Assembly: GCA_031835245.2 (NCBI GenBank)
Contig: JAVKOQ020000039.1
Coordinates: forward strand, 1-64,000
Source of the DNA: Balamuthia mandrillaris
Lineage: Eukaryota
Length of the DNA stretch: 64,000 nucleotides
Direction: 5' to 3'
Within the stretch, counting starts at the first letter, position 1. Every line of letters begins with the position of its first letter. This document shows, one piece after another, positions 1-11,783 of this stretch. Under the pieces are notes generated by a model that worked only from the letters and a program-made list of their open reading frames with translations, was not told the origin of the DNA and did not search any database. A program made the position numbers and the translations under genes.

Positions 1-583
1 GCAGCACCCACTCCCTCACCTCCGGCCACTTTTGCAACAAGTTCCGGACCTGGTTAGGCGTGCGCACGATGTTGACCCCCTCCGCCTTGTTCACCACGCT
101 GGCTTTCAAGATCCAAAGGCCCTCCCCCTTCTCATGCTTTGGTGGCACCGTTGCTTCCTCGCCCTCCTCCTGCTCTTCCTGCATGGCCTCCTGCACGTCC
201 ATCATGCACCAGGCGAGGTCCTTGGGGTCGGCGTCCACCACCTCGGTGCGGGGAAAGGCCAGGGCGAGGGCGCTGCGGGGCTTCTTGAAGGCGTACTTGT
301 TGGCGAAGCGGCAGAGCTGGGCCTTGCGGGTGAGCCCCTTGGTCACGCAGTAGGAGTTGACGAGGAGGGAGCCCTTCAAGACGCGCTCAAAGCGAAGGCG
401 GTCGTGCGTGTCCCATTGGAAGCACACCCCCTCGGGGAGGAGGGAAGGCTCCTCTTTGGCGGGCTGTTGCTCGTCCCCCCAAATGACTTGCCACCGGTCC
501 GCTCGTTGCTCAAACGCTTTGCGCAGAAAGCGACGAACGTACTCCGAGTCCTCCCTTACATAGGCTAATTGTTGTTGTTTCAT
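1..583 (-). CDS. Tubulin-tyrosine ligase (TTL/Pby1-like ATP-grasp) family protein, 5' part; runs off the window start
   Basis: Not in the ORF track. Manual translation from ATG 583 gives MKQQQLAYVREDSEYVRR...VNSYCVTKGLTRKAQL...LWILKASVVNKAEGVNIV...EVREWVL, matching the TTL/Pby1 motifs NSY..RKxL.RK, WILKPS..xKGxGI and WVxQxYI. Confidence 0.75.
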   Translation of the reverse strand, partial: MKQQQLAYVREDSEYVRRFLRKAFEQRADRWQVIWGDEQQPAKEEPSLLPEGVCFQWDTHDRLRFERVLKGSLLVNSYCVTKGLTRKAQLCRFANKYAFKKPRSALALAFPRTEVVDADPKDLAWCMMDVQEAMQEEQEEGEEATVPPKHEKGEGLWILKASVVNKAEGVNIVRTPNQVRNLLQKWPEVREWVL

Positions 584-800
584 TGTCCTTTTTCTTTTTT
601 CTTTTTCTTTTTTCTTTTGCGTCAAAGTGATCTTATTTTAAGGTATCCAGTTAAGGTGTTTTGTTTGATTATGATTGGATGATACGAATTGTAATCTAGA
701 TTTATTATAAGGTGTCACCTTAATATACCGTTGAAATTTCTTGTGAATATGAAATTTCTGTTGAACGTCCGTGCAGCAAGGTGTAATGCCTATTGAGCTT

Positions 801-3704
801 CTATGGTTTGTTGTTACCATTTCCTCCCTTTGAAGGGGTGGCACCACTCGGTCTGGCGATCTTCCCCTTCCTCGTTCGTTTGGCAAGTCTCCTGCCTTGC
901 GCTGGGGGCTTCATTGTTGTTGTTGCTGTTGTTGTTGGCTTCTTGTCCTTGCCTTTTGGGCTCTGTGCGGAAGCCTCTCCTTCCTTCTTTTGTTTCGTTG
1001 TGGTCAACTCCTTTTCATCATCAGGCTCTACGTTCTTCTTCTTCTTCTTCGTCCTTTCTGCCTTCTCCTTTCTCTGCTTCGCTTCTTCGTTCCTCTTCTT
1101 CTTTGTCTTTTCGTACTCTGCAAAGTGTGCACGGAGAGCCTCCAGCTCCTCACAATTTCGCTTGTAGACTTTCAAGAGATGCTGATGAAACACCTTTGTT
1201 TTGTGCACGGTCACTCTTGAGGAAGCCCCCTGCCCTTCTGCCTCAAAATATGCAGAGTATCCATTCCCGCGGGGCGTGCCGGTTTGATACTTGTCCACAA
1301 AACGACGTGCTGCAGCAATGCTGCCAAATCCAGTGATGGTAGTGGTGGCTTCTGTGCTTTTGAGAAAGGTCAACAGCATGCCGACCTTCACTTTGCTGCG
1401 TTTGGGTTGTTGCACCCAATTGAACTCTGGTGGACCTTTGGCCACTAGCTCTTCCAACTGCTGGATGCGAGGCCCCATCAAAACCGTGACTGCCAGCTCC
1501 TCGCAGAAGGAAGGCCACCGCCCAAACAACGACTTGTCCTCCAGTTTGTGAATGGCCTTACCAAAACCAATGAGGTTGCACACATGTTTTCCACGTTCGA
1601 GGTCATCCAATGCCGCACACAGCACCAGCGCTGGAACGTAGAGCAGGTCGAGGTTCTCCTCGCCTTTTTTTGCTTGAAGGACATCATCGATGGCATCTTG
1701 GGCGATGGCGGAAAAGGCAAGAGGTGCGCTGAGCGATTGTGCAAGGGAGAGCCGGTGATGGAGCGTGAGGACGGTGGGTGCAGCGTGAAGGAGAGCCATG
1801 ACATGCTGCCCAATGTCTGTCCAGTCCCATTTCTCTATTAGAAGCTTCAATGTGCGTTGAAGACTTGAAACTTGTTTGTCGCTGGAGAGCTTCTTGCCAT
1901 AGGTTAAAACTTCCTTCACGTCTGTAAGGGCTTGTGCAATGGCGTCCATCAATTGGAGGGCTCGAGCAGGAGTGGCATTGGCCTGCACAACCGCTTCCAG
2001 TAGAGTAGCGGCGGCCTTTATTCCGGAGCGGTGGTGCTTCATCCAAGACACTGCTGTTTTCTTCACTGCTTGGAAAAGAAGTTTCGAAGCAGCACATTGC
2101 TCGTTGGCGATGGAGAGAGCGAGCTGCTTGCTGAGGGCATCCAGTTTGTTGCTGGAGTCTGGCTTCATAGCTTGAATCAAGTCCAAGACTCGTTTCAAAC
2201 GAATACAATCGCCACTAGGCAAGCACTGTAATAACAGAGCAGCACCGTCCTCTGTGGACCCACAGTCCCACGAACGCTTGCTTCCGAAATCGGGATTGCT
2301 CTTCCACAGCTCCAACACTTGGTCCACCTTCTGTAGCTGTGCTTCTTTGTCCAGTCCGGCGTGCGCACAAACCGCAGCAGAGTACAAACCACCTCTATGC
2401 ATGGCTAGTTGAATCTCCGTGACCTCTGGCCAAAGGACAAGAACAGAGCGATGGTAGGTGGTGGACATGGTTGCGCTTTCGTTTCCTGTGTATTCTTCCT
2501 CCTCGGTCTTTCCTTCGAAGCTGAAGATGTGTTTCTCTTTCAAGGGCTTCGTGCTGGCCACGTCCGTCTCCCAGTTGATGCGCAAGTGCTTCTGGCTAAA
2601 CTCGGCTGGTTGCCCCACCGCAGAGTACCAATGAATTTTTTCATTGCTGTCTTCCCACCTCCAGTGTCCGTCGTAGTCTGCCTCAAAGTTCTCGGTGCGG
2701 TCCACGGTGGCGATGAAGAGGCTAACCCTCTGTTGAGCGTCCAGAAGAGAGTTGGCTGCACGAAGGATGCTCCCCAGCACACGGTCCTTGCCTTTCAGAG
2801 CGGCAAGGCCCTTTCCTAGAAGACCTTCGTCCGTGTACAGATGCTCCAGCAGCAACACCACCATGTCGTTCGGCACGTCCTTCCATCTCTTCAACGCCTT
2901 GGCAAAGGCCTCCACGCTGCGTTGGAACGGCTCGCTTCTTGGTCTGGGCAAATTGGGGTTGGTCCAGACGAGATTGTACACCACAGCCAAGCGATGGCCA
3001 GAGGTGACCTCCTTCACCTCATGCTCCACATCCGCATAATGCCCCGCAAAGTGGCATTGGAAAGCTGCCATGCCGGAACTCTCCCCAAAGTCGAACGTCT
3101 GCCTCACCCCTCCGTGGCTGACCAGCAGAGCGCCTCCCTGGCAGCGGGAGGGCAGTTGGATGATGAGCGTGGCGAACATGCCCTTCTCCTTCTCCGTGTC
3201 TCGGTGGGGCAGGAAGTGGTCCCCTTGGCTGTAGAGCAGCAGCTTGTACGGGCGAGCCTCCACCTTGCACCCTGTGGCGCCGAGCTGCTTGGCTACCTCT
3301 TCGGTGAGCGACTCCACACCGGCCTTCCATTGGGGGTTGACGAAGCCAAAGTCAGCGGAGTTGAACTCCTTGGAGGAGCGCACGCGGGTGTCCACCACCG
3401 TCTCCATGCCACGCCCATGCGGGGAGACCTTGCCATTATCATGAAGGAAGGGAGCGTCAGCGAGGCTGAGAGGGAGAGGGATCGCCCGCCCTTTGACCAC
3501 CAGACCGGGTACAGGAGGCAGGCTTGGAGCCGCGCCGCCCACGCTCGTGTGGGGCGTTTCAGGAAGCTGTTCACTAAGAGCGGCAAGTGTGAAGAGGATG
3601 CCTTCTCCGTTTTCTTCCTCCGCTTCTTGTTCTTCTTGTTCTTTCTTACTCTCTTTAGGATCAGGTTTCGCTCGCTTGCGTGCTGGTTGCTTTCCTTTCT
3701 TCAT
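801..3704 (-). CDS. 2OG-Fe(II) oxygenase domain protein (prolyl-4-hydroxylase-like domain plus long helical C-terminus), intronless
   Basis: 967-aa ORF with YKLLLY..GDHFLPHRDTEK (HxD), HEVKEVTSGHRLAVVYNL (distal His and 2OG-binding Arg) and a downstream LLEHLYT...YTGNES module. Confidence 0.85.
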   Translation of the reverse strand: MKKGKQPARKRAKPDPKESKKEQEEQEAEEENGEGILFTLAALSEQLPETPHTSVGGAAPSLPPVPGLVVKGRAIPLPLSLADAPFLHDNGKVSPHGRGMETVVDTRVRSSKEFNSADFGFVNPQWKAGVESLTEEVAKQLGATGCKVEARPYKLLLYSQGDHFLPHRDTEKEKGMFATLIIQLPSRCQGGALLVSHGGVRQTFDFGESSGMAAFQCHFAGHYADVEHEVKEVTSGHRLAVVYNLVWTNPNLPRPRSEPFQRSVEAFAKALKRWKDVPNDMVVLLLEHLYTDEGLLGKGLAALKGKDRVLGSILRAANSLLDAQQRVSLFIATVDRTENFEADYDGHWRWEDSNEKIHWYSAVGQPAEFSQKHLRINWETDVASTKPLKEKHIFSFEGKTEEEEYTGNESATMSTTYHRSVLVLWPEVTEIQLAMHRGGLYSAAVCAHAGLDKEAQLQKVDQVLELWKSNPDFGSKRSWDCGSTEDGAALLLQCLPSGDCIRLKRVLDLIQAMKPDSSNKLDALSKQLALSIANEQCAASKLLFQAVKKTAVSWMKHHRSGIKAAATLLEAVVQANATPARALQLMDAIAQALTDVKEVLTYGKKLSSDKQVSSLQRTLKLLIEKWDWTDIGQHVMALLHAAPTVLTLHHRLSLAQSLSAPLAFSAIAQDAIDDVLQAKKGEENLDLLYVPALVLCAALDDLERGKHVCNLIGFGKAIHKLEDKSLFGRWPSFCEELAVTVLMGPRIQQLEELVAKGPPEFNWVQQPKRSKVKVGMLLTFLKSTEATTTITGFGSIAAARRFVDKYQTGTPRGNGYSAYFEAEGQGASSRVTVHKTKVFHQHLLKVYKRNCEELEALRAHFAEYEKTKKKRNEEAKQRKEKAERTKKKKKNVEPDDEKELTTTKQKKEGEASAQSPKGKDKKPTTTATTTMKPPAQGRRLAKRTRKGKIARPSGATPSKGGNGNNKP

Positions 3705-3762
3705 CTCTTCTTCTCTTTTTGTTGTTGTTTTTTAATTATTATTTTGTTCTCTTAAAGGCCTG

Positions 3763-5712
3763 TTACACGATGGTGTGTTCTTTCTCTTCTTTTGCTTCTT
3801 CCTCCTCTTCTTCTTGTTCGCTGACTGTTTGTTTTTCCTTCTCTTCTTTTGTCTCTGACTTCGAGATGATCGCCAGAAGAGCATCTGATCTCGTTAGAGC
3901 GCTTTCTTTCCGAAGCAACAAGTCCTGTTGAGAGGGGTGTGTATCATCCACGATATGATGACATGCTGGACTCGTTTTAAACGGCCATATATAACCTTTA
4001 TCTGCTCCATTATCTGTCCGTTGTTTGTTTTTGTTTTCAACTAAAAGTTAATTCTTGTTCACCATAGTTGGAAGAGAAAGTCAAAACCAATAACACGAAT
4101 GGAACAATTGGAAGGATTTGGTTCTTCCTCGAACCATTCTGGACTGAGATGCAACCACATCATCAAAAAGGCTCGAAGGGTTATCCCTTTTGTGCACGAA
4201 AAGGAGACTTTAGTCTTTTTCACATATAAAAACGAAAGGGAAAACGAAGAAGAAAGGATCAGAAAAGTACCATGAGCAACGATCACGAGATTAGTGATGC
4301 CATGCCGCTTTGCATCGCGTTGGAAGGTGCCAAAACTGGAGTAAACGCGTTGGCACACGTCGAAACGGCTTTCACCTAATGGTATCTTTGCCCAAAACCG
4401 GCCCCCAAATGCTGCTGCCTTTTGATAGTAATGTAACTCTCGTGGAAAGGCATGGTCTAGTTCTCCTGAATACCTTTTTTGTCATTGCGAAAGAACCAAG
4501 AGATGAGAGAACGTGAGTAGATAGAACGAGAAAACAGCGAACACAACAAAGGGTCAGATAAGCAGAAGCAGAACAGAGAGAATAGGAAAGTGATGCGAAC
4601 CAGTCACAGCCTTCAAATAGGCCAAATTGTTGTTCCACTAAGAAGATGTTTTCTCGAATGTCGGTGACCCATCCTTCCGCGTTCTCTGCGATGATTTCTG
4701 CTGTCTGTCTTGCTCTTAGATACGGACTTGTCCACAATCTTATTGAAAGAAACAGAAGCACAAGAAGAAACAGAAGACGATTATGTGATGAAGTTAACAT
4801 ATTAACGAGAAGAACAAACTAACCTACAATAATGTGCTTTGTGAGTACACGCGTTGGAAGAGGAACGCAAGCAAGGCAGTGGTGGTGGCGTATCTGCTTT
4901 GTACAGTTCTTTAAAATGTTTGGCGATCTGTTTGCCAGCCTCTGCTGCTTGTTGCTTTCCTTTCTGACTGAGAGGGATGGCATGGTCTCCCATCTATAAT
5001 ATTCACATTGGTTTCTTCAATACAGAGAAAAGAGAAAGAGCAAGAGCAGAGAGCAGAGAGAAGAGAGAAGAGAGAAGAGAGAAGAGAGAAGAGAGAAGAG
5101 AGAAGAGAGAAGAGAGAAGAGAGAAGAGAGAAGAGAGAAGAGAGAAGAGAGAAGAGAGAAGAGAGAAGAGAAATGATGAACGCAGAACGAGAACCTTGGT
5201 GTGCAAAGTTTGGTCTACGTTGGCCATGGACTCCCCGTGTCTCACCAACAAGATGTGCAAATGGGGCAGCTCCTTCCTCATAAGGTTCGGCACGTCCTGG
5301 TCGAACGGCTCCTTGCGTGGCTGTGCTCTTTGCCAATACGTCCCTTTGGGGTTGTTTAACAAAAAAAGTCGATGAAAGTAACACAAAAATGGGACGTACA
5401 AGGTAGAGATCGATCTTCAGCTCGAGTTAAAATAGGACGATGGGAAGGGAACCCTGAAGAAGACGAAGACGAACCACCACCACCACCAGTTGCTTCAGAA
5501 GAAGCGTCGATGCTGTTCGAGCGTTGTTGTCTCTGTTGTTGGAGTTGCTTGGAGTAAAGCAGTAGGGTTTTTCTGTGGCCAGCAGAGACCACGCCAAGCA
5601 GATCCAGGTCCTCCTCAGAGAGGTGAGAGCACACCAACAGGTTGTCGTAGCCGTGCTCCGCGAAAGCAGGGGCATAGGCCTCCAACCCGATCGAACGTAA
5701 CCAATCTTCCAT
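3763..5712 (-). CDS. SAM domain + histidine phosphatase (phosphoglycerate mutase-like) protein, multi-exon
   Basis: N-terminal SAM (EDWLRSIGLEAYAPAFAEHGYD...DLDLLGV.SAGHRKTLL). Spliced exons give LLVRHGES, PLSQKGKQQA, TSPYLRARQTA, LVEQQFG, GESRFDVCQRV and IVAHG; GT-AG junctions checked in frame. Confidence 0.85.
5056..5171. repeat. Intronic (AGAGAAG)n heptanucleotide repeat
   Basis: Direct inspection; pyrimidine-rich on the sense (-) strand of the host gene. Confidence 0.9.
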
Positions 5713-5983
5713 CGTTCCTCTCTTTCTTCCTTTTTGCCATGTTTTTTGTAGACACGGAAATATGCAAAAAATTCGTAGTATTCAAAAAATCATAACAATG
5801 TAAATCATGATGAGAATGTGAGATATGCGGCAAGGAATATCAAGCCATTTGGAGTATGATAAGAATGTGAAACATTCTCACGACTTTTTCGCTGATGTAA
5901 TGGGTGACGCTATGTGCGCTGAAATAAAATATGTGTTCTTCGTATCTGGTTTCTAAAAACTAAAACACACAAACAGAACACAG

Positions 5984-6907
5984 ATGGAAAGTGCAACGAA
6001 CTCAACGGTGGAACAAGAGCAAGGGGAAGAACAACAGTACCAGCAATGGGTCCGAGAAGCGGTGCAGGAATTGCAGGTGGCCGTGATTCAATACCAAAAC
6101 GGTCTTTCCGCTGCTCTGAAACGTCTTCGCAAAGCCCGCATTTCGCCCTTTGAAGCAAGAGAGGAAGAAGAGGATGACGACGACGAACAAGAAGGAGAGG
6201 AAGAGCTGCTGAAAAGGATTCCATTCCCGTTGATAAGAAACCGGTTGAAAGCCTATCTGACCGTATTGGAGTTTGATCCCTCGCCGGAACTCTGCGATAA
6301 AGTGGAAGCCATCCTGATGTACGAGAGGCGGAAGAGAGGCGTGGCTTCCGAGGTGGAGGCCTTGTCTTTGCCGCGGTTGAACGAGGCGGAAGTTGACCCG
6401 GTGGCCTCGCGTGTGGCTTTGTGGAGGGGAGACATAACGATCCTTCGTATTGGTGCTATAGTTAATGCTGGTTCGTGTTGCTTTCTCTTACTTTGCGTCT
6501 TTTTTTTATTGACTTGTCTTGTTCTTCTCTCAAAAGCAAACAAATACATGTTAGGCTGTTTCACGCCAAACCATGCTTGCATTGACAACATCATCCACGC
6601 CAAGGCTGGACCTCGCTTGAGAGAGGAGTGCAGGCAGTTCATGGCGGCACAAGAGTGGGAAGACGAGCCGACCGGCTACGCAAAGATAACCAAAGGATAT
6701 TGCCTTCCTTGCGCTCACGTCTTGCATACTGTCGGTCCCATTGTTCTTGGTTCGCTTCTCTGTCTCTCTGTCTCTCTGTGTCTCTCTGTCGCTCTGTCTC
6801 TCTGTCGCTCTGTCTCTGTCTCTGTCTCTGTCTCTGTCTCTGTCTCTGTCTCTGTCTCTGTCTCTCTGTCTCTGTCTCTGTCTCTGTCTCTGTCTCTCTT
6901 CTCTCTG

Positions 6908-6974
<67 letters not shown>

Positions 6975-7049
6975 GTCTCTGTCTCTGTCTCTGTCTCTGT
7001 CTCTCTGTCTCTGTCTCTGTCTCTGTCTCTGTCTCTGTCTCTGTCTCTG

Positions 7050-7099
<50 letters not shown>

Positions 7100-7691
7100 T
7101 TGCTTATTCGCATCTCTCGTGTTATCCCAGATAAAAGAAAAGGACCAGCGGAAGGACAGGAAGAGGAGCTCGCTAGCTGTTATACATCATGCCTAGACCT
7201 CGCCAAACAACACAACGTTCGCAGCGTTGCCTTTTGCTGCATTTCTACCGGCGTCTTTGGCTATCCCCAGGTTCTTCTTTCTTTTCTCTTTTCTCTTCTT
7301 TTCCTCCTCTGCTTTGCGTTCTTAACTTTGGTGTTATCAACAACAGGAAGACGCTGCCATAGTGGCTATCAACACAGTGAAAAGATGGCTAGAAACGGGA
7401 GACAACAAGGAGCACATGGACTTGGTTCTCTTTGACACCTACCTCGCCAGCGACCACGTGTTGTACCAACTGTTGCTGCCGCGTTACTTCAATGTCTCTG
7501 AGAGTTGGCTCTCTGCCAACACTCCCGTTGTTCCTGAACTAAAGCAACACCGACGTCCAGCAACGAAGGAAGAGGAAGACACAAAAGCAGAAGAGGACGA
7601 TGCAAAACAAGAAAAGAAAGAGGAAGTAAAAGAAGAAGCAGAAGAGACAAGGAATGAAGAAGATACAGAGCTAAAGACAAACAAAGATTAA
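5984..7691 (+). CDS. Zinc-containing macrodomain (MacroD-type ADP-ribosylhydrolase, Zn-Macro subfamily), 4 exons
   Basis: [27 protein letters not shown] (Cx4HxC), EPTG.AKITKGY.LP...[30 protein letters not shown]; three GT-AG introns splice in frame. Confidence 0.9.
6757..7096. repeat. Intronic (CTCTGT)n/(CT)n microsatellite
   Basis: Direct inspection; lies in intron 2 of the macrodomain gene. Confidence 0.9.
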
Positions 7692-7700
7692 ACAAGTCCG

Positions 7701-8654
7701 TTAAGAGGAAGTCACGTTTGTTGGCACCAAACTTACAGAAACAAGAGTAGCATTTCCTTCCATCTCTTTAAACGGTCTTCTCCCTTCTTCCCCTTCGCCT
7801 TCGTCAAACCAACCTTTTCCTCCTCCGTCTTCTCCCTCCTCATGAACAAAGTTTCGATAAGGAATCGAAACCTTCACCGTAGCTCCCAGCTTTGCTATCC
7901 AAATGTGTTTCGTTGCAGGGTTGGAAGCCTCCACCATCAACTCCGAGAAGCCCCTTTTGCTGGCTAACTCCTTGGCGAGACGTCTCGTCAAAAAGCCCAA
8001 GCCTTTGCCTTCAAAGCCTGCTATGGTGCCTCCCATCAAAGCGTGGTACACTTGCTTTGGCTTGAGCGGCTCTCCGTTTTGTTGTTGTTGCATTTGTTGT
8101 TTGTAGGCCGAGTCGAGAGCGGAGAGCAGAGAGAAGATCTTGAACAGCGGGTGCTTCTTTTCAGGTGTGGCTTCTTTCAGTCCTTTTTGTGTTGTGTGTA
8201 AGAAAGAAAGCATGAAAGAAACGACAAGGAAGAACGACAGGCAAGAAAAAAAACAGTGTACTTGTTTCATCTTCCGGAGCCAACAGGTCATTGCCGAGCA
8301 TGAAGCAGACGATCCTCTGGGAGCTCTTCTCGCGGGCAATGAAGGAGAGACCGGCTTTGGCGTTGTGAGAGCTGGTATAGCGACAAAATGGCATAAAATT
8401 TTCAGCGTTGAGCTCTTTAACGGCTCTGTTGAGAGGGTTTCCGTTTTGAAAGGTCTCGCAGATGATCGGAGCCAGTTCGTCAGCGTCTTCCTCGCGCAAC
8501 ACCTGTAAGAGTTGAAGAAAAGTGAGAGAGAGAGAGAGAGAGAGAGTAAGAAAAAAAAGCACACTACACAAAGAAGTTATTGTCACTGTTCACAAACCTG
8601 AAAGATGAAGTTTTCATCTTCAAACAAGACTTCTGCAGCGGTGGAGTCTTCCAT
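7701..8654 (-). CDS. GNAT-family N-acetyltransferase (aaNAT-like), 3 exons
   Basis: ATG at 8654 (MEDSTAAEVLFEDENFIFQ), then ETFQNGNPL...SFIAREK...IVCFML, an acetyl-CoA motif-A-like GTIAGFEGKGLG, and VEASNPATKHIW.KLG. Confidence 0.7.
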
Positions 8655-8863
8655 CCTTGTGGAGCTGTTGTTTGGAATGGGAAAAAAAGAAGAAACGAAA
8701 AATCTGCCCATGAATTACTGTCGACAAAAGATCAAGATCAATTTATGATTTTTTATTGGATAAAATAATTAAATGACAGATCTATTTCCTAATATAGAGA
8801 AAGTAACGGTTTGGCCAACATGCCGTTGGCAGTCAGAAAACTTTGGAAAAAACACGAAGAAGA

Positions 8864-9967
8864 ATGATGACGGAGGCCGAAGAGGGAACCGGCTCGACGT
8901 GGAAGGCTGGTGAACAGCATGCACGGGATGAAGAGGTCTGTTCTACAACAGTAATGGAGGACCTGGTGGTGGAGAAACCAAACTTTCTTGAAACGCTGTT
9001 GGACGAGGGCGAAGGAGGTGTCGTTTGGAGAAAGGGGAAAATGGACCCGGAGAAACGTAGATATGCGAGAGATAATAACGCGACGAAAAGTTGTTTCAAG
9101 GACTTGAAGAGGGAGTTGGTAAGCATTGCAGGTGATGTCCTCTTGACTTGTGGTGCAACAACACCGGTGGAGGAGGTCGAACAAATGGCAAAACTCAATA
9201 GCTTCAAAGAACGAAAAAGCAGTCTGGAAACGTCAGTGCGACGTTTAAACGTCGGGGTAGGTGCTCTTTCGGTTTTGCGCACGAGTTCATGCGAGTGCTG
9301 TTCAAGTCTAGCACTAAACAGTAATTCCTTGATCAGAAAACAGAGTTCCTGAAAGTGTTGAATGACCCCGAACGATGCAAGTCGTTGCAAAAGTTTATGA
9401 CGAAACAGCTCAATGCAGAAAACCTCCACTTCTGGAAGGAAGCTTCTGCCTTCTATCATACTTTTCATCAACCGAATCTCTCTCCCCTTGGTTATCCTTC
9501 CGCTTCCGCTTTCGCCTCCTCTTCTTCGACTACGTCTACTTTTCCTCCCGAACCCGTGCCAGCAATATTTGGGGATAGAGACGACGAAACCGAACGGTTA
9601 CGTTCGCTTCATGACGCACAACTGCTTATTTCAGCAAAACTTCTTTACGAAAGATACTGTAAGCCCGGCGCCGAAATGGAGGTTTCTCTCTCACCCATTT
9701 TCTCTCCCGCTGTTCTTGTTCCTCCTTTAGACCAAAGTGGTTCTTTTGCTCTGTTTGTGACCAATGTTAGTAACAACCGACCCCAAACAGATAAATGTGG
9801 ACGCCGAGGTGCAACTGAAGCTGACCAATGCTCTGGCCTCTGGTCAACCCACCGGGGATATGTTCGAAGAAGCTCGCAGTGCCATCTTCCTATTGATGCT
9901 GCAGGACGTTTTTCCTCGCTTTCTTCGGAGCCATGTCGAGGACGATGAGAACGCTGGGCCTTCCTAG
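8864..9967 (+). CDS. Regulator of G-protein signalling (RGS) domain protein, 3 exons
   Basis: FLKVLNDP....LQKFMTKQLNAENLHFW, LYERYCKPGAEME/INVD and FEEARSAIFLLMLQDVFPRFLRS are canonical RGS-box segments. Confidence 0.85.
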
Positions 9968-10288
9968 GGGTCTACTTTTCAGTGAAACACTGCTTTGTTT
10001 ACATAGACGAAACTTTTTTTGACCATTTCTCCTTTCGGTTTTTTTTGTGAACTTGAAAGGTGTTATCTTGCGATGTGGCCTTTGGTTACCTAACGCCCGC
10101 GCCCTGTGCTCTTACTTTTTTTGGGTCCTCCTTCAGTATCGCTTCGTCAAACTAAACAAGCAAGCAAAGAAGACCTAGCAAGAAGCGCTCAGCGCTCCAC
10201 CGGTGTGTGCACACCGTAAGTAACTATAAGAGTTCCTATAGGACCCTTACGAAGGAGTGGAAACAAAAAGAGGTAGACACTCCAAGGG

Positions 10289-11153
10289 ATGAAACTCAAG
10301 GCAGCGGCTCAAGGGTTGTGGGACGACGTCGCCTCTCCCATCACCCGTTTCCGTGCGGCCGCCGGGGAGGCGCAAGCCCGGGCCAGCAACAAGAAGAGCG
10401 CGTGGTACCACCGCGACGACGCCTCGGGGGACAAGAAGAGCCGGGCCTTTCGGTTCGGCAGGGAGGCCGCCAGGCCGGTCTGCCTGGGGGACTGGGTGGT
10501 CATCCACTCGGCCAGCATGCCCGACCAGAGCTGCGTTTCCATCGAGAGCAAGTACGTTTTCTTCACTGGACCGCCATTCGCTTACATAAACTCATTACAG
10601 TGTCTCCTCTGCTTTCATTATTATTCCGGTTGCCTCGACCTTCCCTCTTCCGCAACAGGTCGAACCCGACGTTGCTAGTGAAGGACTACAGCCCACACAA
10701 GGCAAAACATGAAGGCACGCCGCCACCTCTCTTTTTTGAAAAAAATAATAACAAGTAGGATGCTCCACTTGAAGATTTTCTGTTCGAGTTGGTGCCGAGA
10801 CAAAAAGTGAACGTGGATGGGCTGGTGGAGTTGGTGAAAACCTCGCGCAGCGGTCCTTTCGATGACCGCTTTCTTCACAGCTTTGAGGTTTGTGTTTGTT
10901 TGTTTGTTTTTTTTTTGGGGTCTTCATGAAGGTTTTGCTTTCTTTTTCATCATCTTATGTTTAAAAACAAACAAAACAGAACCTGAAAAGGGAGCAAGTG
11001 CATTATGAGGCCTCGTGGAGACGTACCCCCTTGACCTATGGACAAACTATTCAGGTTTACACCTTCTTCTTTCTCTTTTTTCTACGCTCTTTTTTGTCTC
11101 TCGCTCCTCCTGCTGCTCTCTGCTTCGCTGCTCTTCTCACTTCCAGGTTTCTT

Positions 11154-11199
<46 letters not shown>

Positions 11200-11752
11200 A
11201 CCACCTCTCGCTGGGTAATACTTCCATAACCTCGTTGTTGCTCGCGGACAGTTGAAGCACGTGAGCACACAAAGGTTCCTGGCGGTGCAAGAGTTGTGGA
11301 GTGAATACAATGTGTCTCTGGAAGGCTCCAACAAAAACTGTTGGTTCAGCGTTCGCCCTTTGGGGCAGAGCCGCATGGGTTCTATGGTCTGTGCTCGCAC
11401 TCCCTCTCATGCTTTGCTTTTCTTTCTTGGTTCGTTCTTACATGAAGAAACACAAAACAAGGTGAAAGAAGGGGACATGTTTCTGTTGGTCAGCCTGAGC
11501 TGCGGCGCTGTGTTGCGTCAGACAAGCCTTCACGAAAAGGCCAAACCCAACCTTTTGACGCTGAGCTTCGTGCCGGGTCGTGTGTTTGACTTGTTGCATG
11601 GCTGGACCATGACCGTTCACGCTAGCTCGAATTCGCGAAGCATGTTGCGGGTTTGTTTTCTTCCTCTTCTTGTTCTTCTTCTCCTTGTACTCCTTGTACT
11701 CCTTGTTCTTGTTGTTCTGGTTGTTCTGGTTCTTCTTTCTTCTCTCTTCTCT

Positions 11753-11783
<31 letters not shown>

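Noticed and set aside
32..568. + strand ORFs at the window start
   Set aside because: Antisense shadows of the GC-rich TTL-like gene on the - strand.
10217..10250. Resemblance to an I-CeuI/LSU rRNA site (TAACTATAA...CCTA..G) and nearby short palindromes
   Set aside because: Short, mismatched, with no surrounding rRNA similarity.
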